Shown: positions 16,984 to 31,841, numbered from the stretch's first letter. The stretch: DNA of 64,000 nucleotides from the human T2T-CHM13v2.0 reference genome, Homo sapiens (GCF_009914755.1 NC_060938.1); one strand, 5' to 3'. Made by a program: numbers and translations. The notes: generated by a model from the sequence alone, not told the origin.

Positions 16984-18745
16984 ACAGAGAGAGAGAGAGA
17001 AACAGAAAAAGAGTGAATGCCATGAAAAACTTTAAAAAAAGAATAACAAATGAAAAGGGGCTGGGGACCTGTCCCACATTACAGGAGACTAAAAGTAAAT
17101 GAAATGTAGTTCATGACCTTTGGTTGGATCCTGGGTAGCACGGATATTGATAAAAATCCTTAATGGAACAATTGGGGAAATCTGAATATGGACTGTATAT
17201 TAGATGATAATATCATGTCAATATTAAAATGTTGGAGTGGACAGTTCTATTGTTGTAAGAAAAATGTTCCTGATGGTCAACTCTCATATAATTCATAGAA
17301 CTACATATATGTATATATATTTATGAATTTTATGTATATCTAAATATGCATTTATGTACACACATATTTATATAGAGAGAATGGGGTAAAATGTTAATAA
17401 CTGGCAAATCTAATTGGTGCTTACTATCCTTGCAAATTTTCTGTAGATTTAAATTTTTCAAAATATAACTTATAAAAAATAAAATTTAACTGAAAAGTAA
17501 TTTAACTGAAACATTTATCCATTTAAAAAACAAAGTTTATTATTTGAAAAAATCCAACTATATGCAGTTAAGAGCCACTTTTAAGCCTAAGGATGCTAAA
17601 AGATTGACAATAAAGATGATTTTTTTAAAAAGAATGCTGAAGTGGCTCTATCAATGTCAAACGCGAGATTTTTAAACAAAAAGCATCACCAGAGAAAGAG
17701 GATCATCTCAATGATTTTTCAAAAAGTTCAAATCACCAAGAAGATATAAAAAGCTCTATAATTATATAGGTTTAATAAAATGTTTGTTTTTCAATAGATA
17801 AAGCAAAATTAACACAACTACATGAAGAAATAGAAAAACCTACATTCATAGTAAGAGATTTCAGCCTAAATCTCACTGAATGATAGACCAAGCAGCCAAA
17901 GTAGCATTCAGAGGAGAGGAGGAAAATCCAGACATGCAAAGACCTGAAGTTTAGCATCCATGGATACTTTCTGAAATACTGTTATAGGGTGTTTTCTTGC
18001 TAAAGAAAAATAATGAATACAAAAGGAATACATGGAATATAAAAACAATGGCAATCTAGAAGGTAGTAAAAATTCTCTAAATATTCTTTATTACAGAAAA
18101 AAAAACCAGAACTAATATCTGAGATTATCTTAACATGAGAGGTGGATGAAACACAGGAACAAAACATGCAAAACATTTTCTGCAAGAGGAAGCTATACAT
18201 TCTGATTAGAAGATAGAAAAATGTTAAATACATGTCAAAAATTTAAGGTTAACTACTAGAAAAAAACGTCATGTATTGTTTCTGAACCACTAGAGTAAAA
18301 AACAGGAACAAGAATAAAAGTAAGCAAACAAAAAACTGATCAAAGACAAAAAGGAACAAAACAAACAGGAAAACAAACAGGGTAAAATACAGCATGTCAA
18401 TCTAACACGCTGTGCCTGTAACAGTTGCCTCATGTGAGGGGAAGTAAAGCTATGGACTATTTATGAGATACCCCTAAAATAAAATATTACCTAAAAGTTG
18501 AAAATAGATTGATGAAAAAAAACAGAAAAAAATTCTACCCAGAAGATGAGCATAATAATATTAATAGTTGCTTGAACTCTATTTTGTCTGCTATCACCAA
18601 AGGAAAAAAGAGGGGATTTTTAAAACTTATAATCCACAAAAATCATAATGGTCACAAAGAATTGTGCTGTTTCTCCAGGACTTCAAAGAACATAAAGCAA
18701 AAAGCCTTGTAAAAATATAAGGTGGAGAAAATCCATAACCACAGT
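14300..18745 (+). mobile_element. Mosaic of ancient L1 (L1M-type) fragments
   Basis: A-rich sequence with ORF1-like remnants (NQIGCLELRNVMTKVKNS; AACTGTCAACCTAGAATTCTATTCCCAG) and L1M 3'-end-like segments; boundaries approximate. Confidence 0.55.
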
Positions 18746-18749
18746 AGGT

Positions 18750-19685
18750 AACACCTTTAGAATCCACTCCCATACTTATTCTCCAGGTTTCTTTTGATAG
18801 ATAATATTAGCAAAGTCTTGCAATTCACTTAGTGTCTGAGTTTCTCCTCCCCCAATCCTAGTATATACCTGTCTTTGGAGCATGCTGAGAATTTACCTTA
18901 GTTATAGGGCTAATGGAACAAGGGATGGTCCCGGTGGGTCTTAAGAATGAACATCCCCTTCCAAGGCATCTGCCCCAAATGAGGTTATAAAGGTTTTCAA
19001 GCTAAAGAAGGCTAGTCTATTCAGACAATGAAAGGCAAGGGACTTTCACTGGCCAAGGAAGCTCAGCATGACTTGGGGTTTCAGGACTGTCAGTTTTATC
19101 TGAATCCAATCAGATATTCCAGGTTTCAGAATCCCATTCTTTCCCAGTCAATGCCGTAAATTTTAACACAAGAAATTTTGCAACACTGTGAATTTATCCT
19201 AATTCAGCAACCCATGGAATTAAATTTTATGTCTTATTTTCAGAAGTAGCAGCTCTGTGGTAATAAGAAACAGCAATTATTTTAGGGCTAAAATAGAAGC
19301 TCTCTGGTTCTCAGACTGTCACTTGAGCTGAAAGACATTAAAGGACCTGATTCCATCACTTTCTCTCTGTAAATATTCTAGTAAAGTCAGGAAAATCCAC
19401 TCCACATCACAGCCCATGTAGTCATCACTACTGCTGGAACAGTCAGGTCAAGCAATTGCTTGGGATTCCAAGGAACCTGCTTCCTTTGACATTTTCATTG
19501 CAATTAAACACAAGGGCTTAATTGTATTGCCACTGCATGCAATAGATTATTCACGTCTCATTTCCAATTGGCAAGTAGCTGAGCACTGCACTTAGGCCCA
19601 AAGAAAGCCTTCAAAAACCGCGTACTGACGTACCTGCGCGCGCGCACTTTCAGAAGGAATAGGAGGGATCTCCCGATACCAATTC
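18750..19685 (-). mobile_element. ERVL-type internal 5' region (PBS, leader, gag remnant)
   Basis: Minus strand 18826-18749 translates ELQDFANIIYQKKPGE*VWEWILKVL, an ERVL gag motif; GAATTGGTATCGGGAG directly follows the LTR end, as expected for a PBS. Confidence 0.7.
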
Positions 19686-20270
19686 TGTATCAGTCAGGGT
19701 CCAGGCAGGAGACAGAAACTAAGTAATTTGAACAGAGAAAGTTTAACATGAAGAAGTATGTATAGGGAGTATATGTTGATACATAAAACATGTCCTAGGG
19801 CTGAAGAGGAGCAGCTGAGGGAGGAACAAACTTGGAAGGGCAGCCCCTTCACAAGGCTGGGCTGCAGCCCACTGAATGGTGGGCTGGAGCTGATCCAAAC
19901 TCTGGGAGCTGAGGCTGGTTGGTGGTCAGGAAGCCTCCCACTGGGTGCCAGGAGCCGAGCACGCGGGCTGGGGACTAGCTAAAACTTGCTAAAGGGTAAG
20001 TGCCACCTGGTGTCCTGCAGTCTATGCTACCGCAAACCATGGAGCAAGCCGAAATAAGCACACTGAGGACAGGAAGAGAGGTCCCTTCCTCCTGCGACAT
20101 CCCTCCAGCACCCTCTACTGACAAAGTTTAACATTGTGCGAGAAGGCAAGGGAGAAATTTTTCCAGGGCGTAGCTTCATCATCGAGGTAATGAAGGGTGG
20201 ATATGGAGTCAACTGGTAACTGTTTAACTGTTGCACTTTTCAATGGTTAAACATTTGTTTAACCATTACA
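19686..20270 (-). mobile_element. ERVL-class LTR (possibly LTR41-like)
   Basis: Minus strand starts TGTAATGG right after the polypurine tract GAAGGGGAAG and ends CCCTGACTGATACA. Confidence 0.65.
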
Positions 20271-20730
20271 CTTCCCCTTCAACCAGCTCCACAGCTGTTC
20301 AGGGCTCTTTTCCTGGAAGAGTAACCCAAACCCTCGTTCTCAGTGGGGCTGAACTCCGTGAAGTGCTGCCTGAGGAATGTTGCTAGATCTGTCTCTTAAC
20401 CTTTACGGGGCACGTTAGTCCAGGGAGGGAACCCAGGGTAAGCTTTGATATCTTCCATCCCGTTTCTCTGAATCTTCTTTGGGCAACAGTGACTTTTGCT
20501 TGCCCTTAGTAGTTTCATCGAATATTCCAGCCAACACTGTTTTTTGTTGTTCATGTTTGCCTACTTACCTAGTAGTAATTCCTGAAGCCGTAAACGGCCA
20601 GGTGGTGCTTTTAATATCCAAATTCAACAGAAGTATCACTGTACCTCCTGGTGGAAGTGTACATCCTTTGGGCACTAAAGCCTCTAAGCCAGCAGAGCCC
20701 AGATTCATGGGGACAATAAACATTTTGTAA
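20271..20730 (-). mobile_element. ERVL-type internal 3' region (dUTPase remnant and PPT)
   Basis: Translates VPMNLGSAGLEALVPKGCTLPPGGT, the start of the ERVL dUTPase domain; PPT at 20280-20271. Confidence 0.7.
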
Positions 20731-22239
20731 GTTATTATGTAACCATTGAGAATGGAGGCAAGGTGACAGAGGAGGAAGCTGAGGGATCTAGAGGTTAAAT
20801 AACATACACAGCTTGCACAATTATAAACAGCTGAACTGGAGTTTAAAACCAAGTTTGACTCCAAAGTCCATGTTGTTTCCAGTACATGTTTCTGACTCTC
20901 TGCCAAGCTACTATGAAGTACTGGTAATTAACACAATTTCATACCCCAAACATCCAGTACTGTCTCTCAACGCCTAAGAGGACCACCTACATGTCACACA
21001 CACAACGCTGATGGTTGTGCTTAGCTTCCTGCAGCATTCCCTGCCCTTTTGTGTGTTTATCATCCAAAAAGCAGCACCGTATACCCAAGGATGTCAAAAT
21101 CGAGTGTCCTTACCTTATCCCAGAGCTGAGACTTTTCCAGGCTTGAACATACTGTAGCAAGGACTACTTCACGGGTCCAGAACTTTGGTAGTTGTGTGAC
21201 CACACACTTCCAACCATGTGGGCAGTGGACCCTGCACTAGTCTGGCTTAAGTATGGTTTTGCAGAAGGAAGTCACAGCTGGTAATAAGAAGGGGCAGTCA
21301 GGCATCTGATGGAGGAACGAGCTGACCTCTAAAGACCCCTCCGGTCTCGGGCTCAGCAGTTTGTTCAGTAAAGCAGCAGCAGCTGTGGAGGAGCTCAGAC
21401 CTTATATAGGGTTAAAGGTCATCAATGCCCCTTCTTCACAATCTTGGGATATCTTTGTTCTACAATGATCTCTACCTCCATAGAAACACATGGCTGGGGT
21501 TTGGGGAAAATATTATGCATCTGATAGCAATAATTTAAGCATACACTTAGAATGACCCTGTATGGCAGATGCACCTGAATGTGTGTTTCGAGCTAGGGAA
21601 TCCAGGCACCCAACCCGGAGATTTGTTCCTTGCCTATGGTAAGACCATTAACATTTAACTACAGTAAATGCAGAGTCCTTCTTTTTATTTTTTATTAAGA
21701 GGCAGCTGGCCATAATTTAATAGGGAAAGAAATGGCCATGATGTAATTATTCTCCTTGAAGACAAAACTTCATAATAACATTACTGTCATTTGTACAGGT
21801 CATCGCGAAGACCAGGCTCCTATGTGGGTTTCAGAGACGTGATTGAATTTGTGTAGCTATAAGTGCTCGCACAGGGTCAAGTATTACTCGTCTACTCATT
21901 CCATTTTCCCAATGAGTCAAGTGAAGTATAGAGGCAGAACGCACCTTGGGAAATGCGAAATGAGAAAAAGTGCCTTCAGCTGCTGCCCCACGGCAAGGTG
22001 CCTTCCATTCCTCCACCCTTCCATCCAAGCTCCCTAAGCCAAGGTCTTATTCGGCTCTGCTTGGCACTGTCTGAAACCCCTATTTCCTGCTTCTCTTGCT
22101 CTCAGAGTCCAGGTGTCAAATGGCGAATCTGTTTTGCAAGTCAGTGCGCATACAAGGAGGCAAATAGGTAGCTTTCCATTATTTAAATCTTCAGAGATAA
22201 GACACTAACTTCTTCTACCAGGGCAGTAGTTATCACAGT

Positions 22240-22440
22240 GTCTGTATTTATTAAACAAGCATGAATATGCTGGTCATCGTGTGGCAGGCACTGTTGTAAT
22301 CACTTCACAAATATTCACTCATTAAGCCTCATAAAAGCCAACAGGAAATATGTTCTATTATGAGCCCCATTTTATAGACAAGGAAGCTGAGGCACAGAGA
22401 GGGTAAGGAATTTACCTAAGGTCACACAGCTAGTAAGCTT
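22240..22440 (-). mobile_element. MIR
   Basis: CCCCATTTTATAGACAAGGAAGCTGAGGCACAGAGAGGGTAAG...GGTCACACAGCTAGTAAG. Confidence 0.75.
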
Positions 22441-22472
22441 AAGGCCAGTTTCAAAGTTTCAATACTTTCACC

Positions 22473-22931
22473 TATACACGGTAGGGTTAACGCACCTGAT
22501 AGTAATAATTTAAGCATACTCTTAGAATGGACCCTGTATGGCAGATGCCACCTGAATGTGTGTTTTGAGCTAGGGAATCCAGGCATGCCCAACCCGGAGA
22601 TTTATTATTTGCCTATGGTAAATATCCGAGCCCTGGGTCCATCCCGTGGAATATGGGCTGTAAAGGGCATTGAGGCCCTTAGTGTTGGGTTAAATGAAGG
22701 TTGCTAGGTGGAGGTTGTTGAGGGGAGGGTGTTAAGTGAAAATGCTACATAAACAGCATGATGTTTGCAGGTGGTAACAGTTCTCCTGGCCAGCCCACTG
22801 CCACTGGACTCTCTCTCCTGTAAATAAGCACCTAATAAAACCCCATGTCTCATTTATTGGTGCTGGGGTTCTTCTTTGGCCTCTTAAACTTGGTGCCTTC
22901 TCTTATTGAGGTTCATGGGGGTTCGAAACAA
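22473..22931 (+). mobile_element. LTR47-like solo LTR
   Basis: GCATACTCTTAGAATGGACCCTGTATGGCAGATGCCACCTGAATGTG...AATAAAACCCCATGTCTC...GTTCGAAACA; family name from memory. Confidence 0.6.
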
Positions 22932-23849
22932 CTTACCCACAAATACAAGTTTGGCTTTTACCATTCTAAATCCTCAGAACGGCAAGTCCACTCTCCACTT
23001 AAAATTAGAGGAGAGGTCCCTATTGCAGTCTCAAGAGATGTGAAAGAGATGTTTGGGCAGAACCCAAATAAGGATGTATCGTTTCCTTAGAAGCTAGGTC
23101 GGTCTTAGGCCTTTCTGTTCTGTTTGTTCCAAACAAGCAGTGACAGCAATCTCAAACTTCCCCTGTCATCTGAAGTCAGCCAGTATGCCATGTCACCATC
23201 TCCCCTTGCTTGCTAGTAACAACCAACATGGAACTGATAATAACTAAGACTGTTACCTTTCCAGTTTAACATAAACTAGAAACCTGGCCCTGCTGGGGAT
23301 TGGCAGATACAGTCCATGGGATGAGACTGGTAAGAGCTGTAGGGTCAGGGAGTGTGCATCTGCCCTGGTCCCTCAGTCAGAGCCCCAGTCCCCGGCTCCT
23401 TTCCTCCGTGTGTTCTGCAGCCACAGTCCAGGCAGCTGTGGAGGCAGCAGAGCCCAGTGAGTAGAACGGAGGGAAATTCAGGGACACTGACCCTCAGCTG
23501 AGACCTCCACAAGCTGATGTAACAGACCTGTCTTCACCAAAATGTTTAACACTCCTGGAAGGATGAAAAAGTATACTTTTAGCAAATTGTAACTGTTCAC
23601 CTCTTAAGCGACAAGTGATTTGAATTGCTTCACTTCTGGTTTTTTTAATATAGTCAAATTTATTAATTATGTCTCTGAATTTTCAGTTATATTTAGAAAG
23701 CCTTTATGTACATCAAGGTTAATGAGGAAATCACCCATTGCTTACATGCTATCACTTTTTACATTAAAATTTCAAACTCATTTGGAGATTTTTCTTGCAT
23801 GTGGTGTGAAATATGGGTCTGATTTTATTTTATTTTCCTTTTATTTTTA

Positions 23850-24834
<985 letters not shown>

Positions 24835-25297
24835 TCATTTCTGTTTTTGACAGACCAAAAGAGGGAAAGGGCTCCTATGTGATCTGGAGGGGATGGAATG
24901 GGTTCCTATACCTGAACCTAACCCCGGTGCTGAATGACTCTAGAGTCGATGAATAAATATACTAGCCCTTCAGTGAATAATAACAGAAATTCAAGTCAGG
25001 TACTGCCTTCAGGTCCTGCAGGATACTTTAGGGGCAGACAGGATTCTTGAAACTTCTTATACTATGCCAGGCAAAGCACATCGGCTCTACTGCTTATATT
25101 CCTAGAAAAGGAATGCCTGCCATTGCCTGCTCTGCCCACATCCCCTTCTGAGAGAAACAGCTCTAAACAGCCATATAGGATAGGATACCCCATGATTTTA
25201 CCCCATCCCCTCCATCTACAGCACTTGTGAACATGTGGCCAGAGGTCAGGCAGTCCATCCAGACTTCTGGTCTGGCTCATGAAGATGAACTTTGTAT

Positions 25298-25620
<323 letters not shown>

Positions 25621-28600
25621 TCATATTTTTTTCTTGAGAATTGGAAAACTGAAGGCAGCTGGAATAGCTAGAAAGTCACGTGGGGCCCCAGGGTCCAAAA
25701 GAAACTGAGCAGCTGAGAACAGCGGGGCAGCAGAGAGAGTCAGATGGCTGCCCTGAGAGTTTCCTCAGTCCTAACTGTTCTCTTGGCTTCCAGTTCTAGT
25801 CCAGTGTGGCTTTGGTCCCTGTTCTAGATGTCCATGACATTTCCTCTTGAACCCAGTCACTAGGAGAGCACCACCAGAGGACAAGCATGGTGGCCCACCA
25901 AGTAACAGCAGAACATGGAATAAAACTTTGACCTCCAAACCAAAACTGATGTGTCTGTCCCAAAAACCAGGTGTGATCATGAATATACTTAACAACTAGG
26001 TGGCACAGGCCCCACTGATCAGAATGGAGGTCTGCCCTGTTGCAGGCCGGTAGTGAAAGTGCAGGTGCATCCTGGCTGCCTGCTCAAGTCAGGAACATCA
26101 TGGCACTTGGAGGAAGGCCATTGAGAACAGCTTCATGTCCATCTCTGAATGAGACAATGCTGCAAACACTCACCATAAATTATCAAGTGCAATACAATCT
26201 TCAAATTGCTCCCACCCAGGCTTGGCTCCTCAAACCTCACTCCTGGTGGATGACGCCTGAAAGGAACATGACAGAGCCTTCTGAAAGACAAGGAAATGAC
26301 CCTGGTCTGCCACACAAACCAAATCCTTAGGTGGAACCAAAGTAGTCACTTCAAATTGTGGTTCCTTTATATCCACCTGAGTTAGAATGGGCCAGGGTGT
26401 GGCCATCAGAGGGAGGTGGGATCTTTCTGAAGCCCTTGGAGGAGACTTTATAGGTCTTTGTAGAGAAGGAAATGCAGTGCAGATCACCATGGTGAAAAGC
26501 CGAGACATTCCCTTCTATGACTCATTCCTTCCAGCAGGCCCTGTTGAGCGGTTATGCCCTGCCAGTGATGTCCACACGTCTTAGTTTGCACATTCCCAGT
26601 GAGGTTCATACAAGCAGGTACCCACTGCATAATGTTAAGGTTGACATCTAGATTTTTCACTTTAAGCTTGAATAGCTACAAGGAATACGACTTCCAGTAT
26701 ATAGTAAACATCACCATTTTAAAATAAAACTGTTTCATTACTCTCTTAAATGTAAAACCTGGATAGTGAGATAGACCATGGGCAGGTGAGATGGAAGCAA
26801 CATTAGGATGGAAATCCTTTTTAAGGAGCTGAGATCTAAATGGCCCATCATCATCCATGGAAAGTAGAAAAGGGAGGAACACTTTAGGCAGAGGGAAGAA
26901 GTGCAAGCCCTGAGGCAGAAACAACCTTGACTTGTTTGAAGAAGAGGAAAATGGCAGTGTCAGGAACATAGCAAATAGGGGAAAGCCTAGTAGGAGAAAG
27001 GCTGTGAGGAGCAGGCAGGGCTGGATCATGTGAACTCTGGAGGCCATCTGTGTCGACTGTTTTCCCTTTGCCTCTCCACATTCTCTATCCTTATGGCCCT
27101 ACTCTGAGCCACGGGAGCTCGACCTGCACAGGCTATGTCAACAGACTCCATTGACTGCTAACTTCTAGATGTGTTTAGCCCGGGATGTGCTCCTGCAGGT
27201 CTGAAGTGGGAAAAGGGGAAGGCCGCGGTGTTTATTCCCTTCATTCTCTTCTTGCGGGCCTCTCTGTTTCTGGGTACTGATTTCTTCCCATACCCCGCAC
27301 CCTTTCCTGCCTCTGAGTGGTGGTACCACCTGCTGTTGCAGCCTAGGGCACGGCACTAGGGTTTCCCTAGACCCTCCCCACCTTGTGGTTTTCCTATACC
27401 CTCCCTACTGTGGTAAAATGTGCCTGTATTTAACTGTCCTCCAATTATCCTAATTCATGTGTGTCTCCTGGGATCTGTTGCTACACCATGATGAGGTGTG
27501 TAATTTTGTTAGTAGTATTCTTAAGTCATTTGGTAATAATCTTTCATCCTGTGAAGCTACAACATGGATTTTTTTAAACTCTTGTTTCCAAGTGCCTAAT
27601 ACAGTGTTATAGGAAATGCTTAGTGACTGCATACACCATGCACAACAGAGCCAAGTGTACTTGAGAGACAACTGGTCCGTTGAGAACAAAATGCATTTGG
27701 AGGCCATGAAATTCAAGTTGAGAGCAGCATTCCCATGCACACCTCTCTCTGGGGAATGCAGCCAGTCCCTGCAAACCCCATTCCCCTCTCCAGGTTAAAA
27801 AGTTCCTCTTCACCCTGATGTTAGTTTGAAAAGTTTCGGCCATAACCATATTTAGTTATATTTAGGGAGAGGGGAGTGGTGGGTCAAAGGCTTAAAAAAA
27901 AACCCAAGAATGTATATATACTTAAGTAGCTAACAGTTTACTCCTAACATGCTTGTCTGGGAAAGCCTCTACTGGAGATCACGTGACAACAAAACAAAAC
28001 ACCCTTTCTCTTCATTTGGGTGGACAACTGGTTTAGTTTGATTAAATCTCAAACCAAGAATCATCATGTAAACTCATGGCTTAGTTGTCACACTGTGGAA
28101 GCCTTAAGCAGCTACAAAACTGCTGCTGATAGGAGACTAGTCCACACTCATCACTGCAAGTCACAGCTGTCTTGTTGTTTTTTAAGCGGGTTTCCTTCAT
28201 CAAGATAATATAAATTTATGATAAAATGAAATTTACAGACAGCCCAGAGAGGAAGCAGGAGGTAAGAGTGAATTGCCTGGTTAAAAACAGGAACATGTGC
28301 AGAGGAGAAAGTTTCCCTGCTCTTGGAAGCCAAGCCAGGTTCCCAGTACCCTGACCAGCTGCTCCCATTTGGAAAAACCCTGGCACAAGATACCATACCA
28401 GACGTTCTGCACATGCCTCCTGAGAAAGCCAGAGAAGGCTGAGAAGTATATGGGCCCATGAAAATAAGAAGCAAAGAGGAAAGGGTGTAGAAGTTGGTTA
28501 AAAATAAAACTTATCAGATGAGAATTAGGTCCTGAGAATGTTATCTCTCCCCACAGGAGGGTGGAAAAGAAAATAGGCATGTCAAGGAGAACACAGGCCA

Positions 28601-31111
28601 CAGGATGAATAAGCATAAAAATAGGAGGAAATGATCAAGCAAACATGCCAAACAGCCAGAGGACGCCTCTCATCCTAGAAGTGCTGACTTTCCAGGATTG
28701 CTCGCCTTCCCTCACCTACTCCCCCAAGAGAATGAGTCAAGGCCAAAAACCCTGGCCAAGGAACTGTTTCCCGGAAAGAGAGACTTTTTTTCCTCTATAC
28801 CTTTTTGGACTATTTCCATTTTTCCCCCATGTGCCTAGATTACCTTTTAAAAAAAAAAAAGTAAATGTTTATGGAAACAGTTATTGGAATATTCCTACTC
28901 CCAGCATTTTATGACAAGTAGGCTAGTCCCCTAGAGAATCTGGAAACTCCAGATAGTTGGTGAACACTTAAATCCTCCCCCAGCTGCTCCCTACTGCTCC
29001 CCTTGTCCACACCCAGCCCTGGCTGCAGCCCTGAAGTGAAGAGGCTTGCTGGGAACCCCCATGCTCCATCCCTGTAGCTTTTCAGAGATCTGTGAACTTG
29101 ATCTACTCCCTAAGCTCACTTCAAAACATGCACCCAGTCATAAGGGATATGCGGTTTCCCTCAAATAAAAGGCACAAAACAAAGACTACAAGCATACCTC
29201 ATTTCACTGTGCTCCACTTTCTTCTGCTTCATAGATATTTTTTCTAGCAACTCTGCATTAAGAAGACTACTGGAACCATTTTTCCACAGCACATGCTCAC
29301 TTCGTGTCTCTGTCACATTTTTGGTAATTCTTGCAGTATTTCAAACTTTTTCATTATTATATTATCTGTTATGGTGATCTGTGACCAGCGATCTTTGATG
29401 TAAACTATTGTAATTATTTCGGGGTCCCAAAAACTGTGCCCATATAAGATGATGAACTTAATTGATAAATTTGGTTTGTGTTCCAACTGCTTCACCAACT
29501 GGCTTTTGCCCTCTCTTGGCCTCCCTATTCCCTAAGACACAACAATCTTGCAATTAGGCCAATTAATAATCCTACAATGACCTCTAAGGGTTCAAGTGAA
29601 AGGAACAGTCACACATCTCCAACTTTAGGTCAAAAGTTAGTTGGTGAGGAAGGTATGTCGAAAGTTGGTGAGGAAAGTATGTCGAAAGCTAAGATAAGCC
29701 AAAAGCTAGGCCTCTTGCACCAGTTAGCCAACTCGTGAATGCAAAGGAAAAAGTCCTGGAAGAAAACTAAAAGTGCTACTCCTGTGAACAAATAAGCAAG
29801 TGAAAACAGCCTATGGTTGATATGGAGAAAGTTTGAGTGGGTTGGATAGAAGACCAAGCCAGCTACAACATTCCCTTTAGCCAAAGCCTAATCCAGAGCC
29901 AGCCTCTTTCAATTCTATAAAGGCAGAGAGAGGTGAGGAAGCTACAGAAGAAAAGTTGGAAGCTAATAGAGGTTGGTTCATGGGGTTTAAGTTAAGAAGC
30001 CATCTCTATAACATAAAAGTGCAGAGTGGAGCAGCAAGTGTTGATGTTGAAGCTGCAGCAAGTTCTCCAGAAGATCTATCTAAGATCATTGATAAAGGTG
30101 ACTACACTAAACAACAGTGTAGATCAAACAGCCTTCTGTTGGAAGAAGATGCCATGTACGACTTTCACAGCTAGAGAAAAGTAGTCCACCCGATTTCAAA
30201 GCTTCAAGGGACAGGCTGACTCTCTTGTTTGGAGCTAATGCAGTTGCTGACTTTAAGTTGAAGCCAATGCTCATTTGCCATTCTGAAAATCCTAATGCCT
30301 TTAAGAATGATGCTAAATCTACTCTGCCTGTGTTCTATAAATGGAACAAAGCCTGGATGACAGCACACATGTTTATACCATGGTTTATTAAATATGTTAA
30401 GCCTACAGTTGAAACCTATTTCTCAGAAAAAAAGATTTCTTTCAAAATATTACTCCTCATTGACAATGCACCTGGTCACCTAAGAGCTCTGACGGAGGTG
30501 CACAGAGATTAATGTTGTCTTCATGCCTGCTAACACAACTTCCATTCTACAGTACATGGATCAAGGAATAATTTTGACTTTCAAGTCATATTTAAGAAAT
30601 ACATCTCATAAGGCCATAGCCGCCATAGTGATTCTTCTGATGAATGTGAGCCAAGTAAATTGAAAACCTTCTGGAAAGAATTCACCATTCAAGATGCCAT
30701 TAAAAACACTGATTTGTGGAAGGAGGTCAAAATATCAACATTAACAGGAGTTTGGAAGAAGTTGATTGCAATACTCATGGACATCGTTGAGAGGTTTAAG
30801 ACTCCAGTGGAGAAGGAAGTGCAGATGCAGTGGAAACAGCAAGAGAACTCGAATCAGAAGTGGAGACTGAAGTTGAGACTGAATTGCTGCAATCTCATGA
30901 TAAAACTTGAACAGATAAGTTGCTTTTCATGGATGAGCAAAGAAAGTGGTTTCTTGAGATAGAGTCTGCTTCTGGTGAAGATTCTTTGCATTAGCTGCAT
31001 TAGCTCCTAACAAGAGAGCCAGCCTGTCCCTTGAAGTCTTGAAATTGGGCATGGACTACTTTTCTCTAGCTGTGAAATGACAAATAAGAACTCAGAATAT
31101 TATGTAAATTT

Positions 31112-31242
31112 ATTTTATTTCTTGTAGAGACGAGGTCTCATCATCTTGCCTAGGCTAATCTTGAACCCCTGGGCTCAAGCAATCCCTCTGCTTCGGCTTA
31201 CCAAAGTGCTGGGATTACAGGTGTGAACCACTGCATCCAGTC
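31112..31242 (-). mobile_element. Alu monomer (FLAM-like) in Tigger1
   Basis: Single left-arm-like monomer. Confidence 0.8.
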
Positions 31243-31334
31243 TATTATGTAATTTAGTTGATAAAGCAGCAGCAGATTTGAGAGGATTGACTCCAGTTTT
31301 GAAAGAAGTTCTACCATAAGTAAAAGGCTATCAA

Positions 31335-31841
<507 letters not shown>

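Noticed and set aside
29956-30962. Transposase-like ORFs as a domesticated TIGD-type gene
   Set aside because: Fragmented by stops, frameshifts, Alus and an inversion; an ordinary decayed Tigger1
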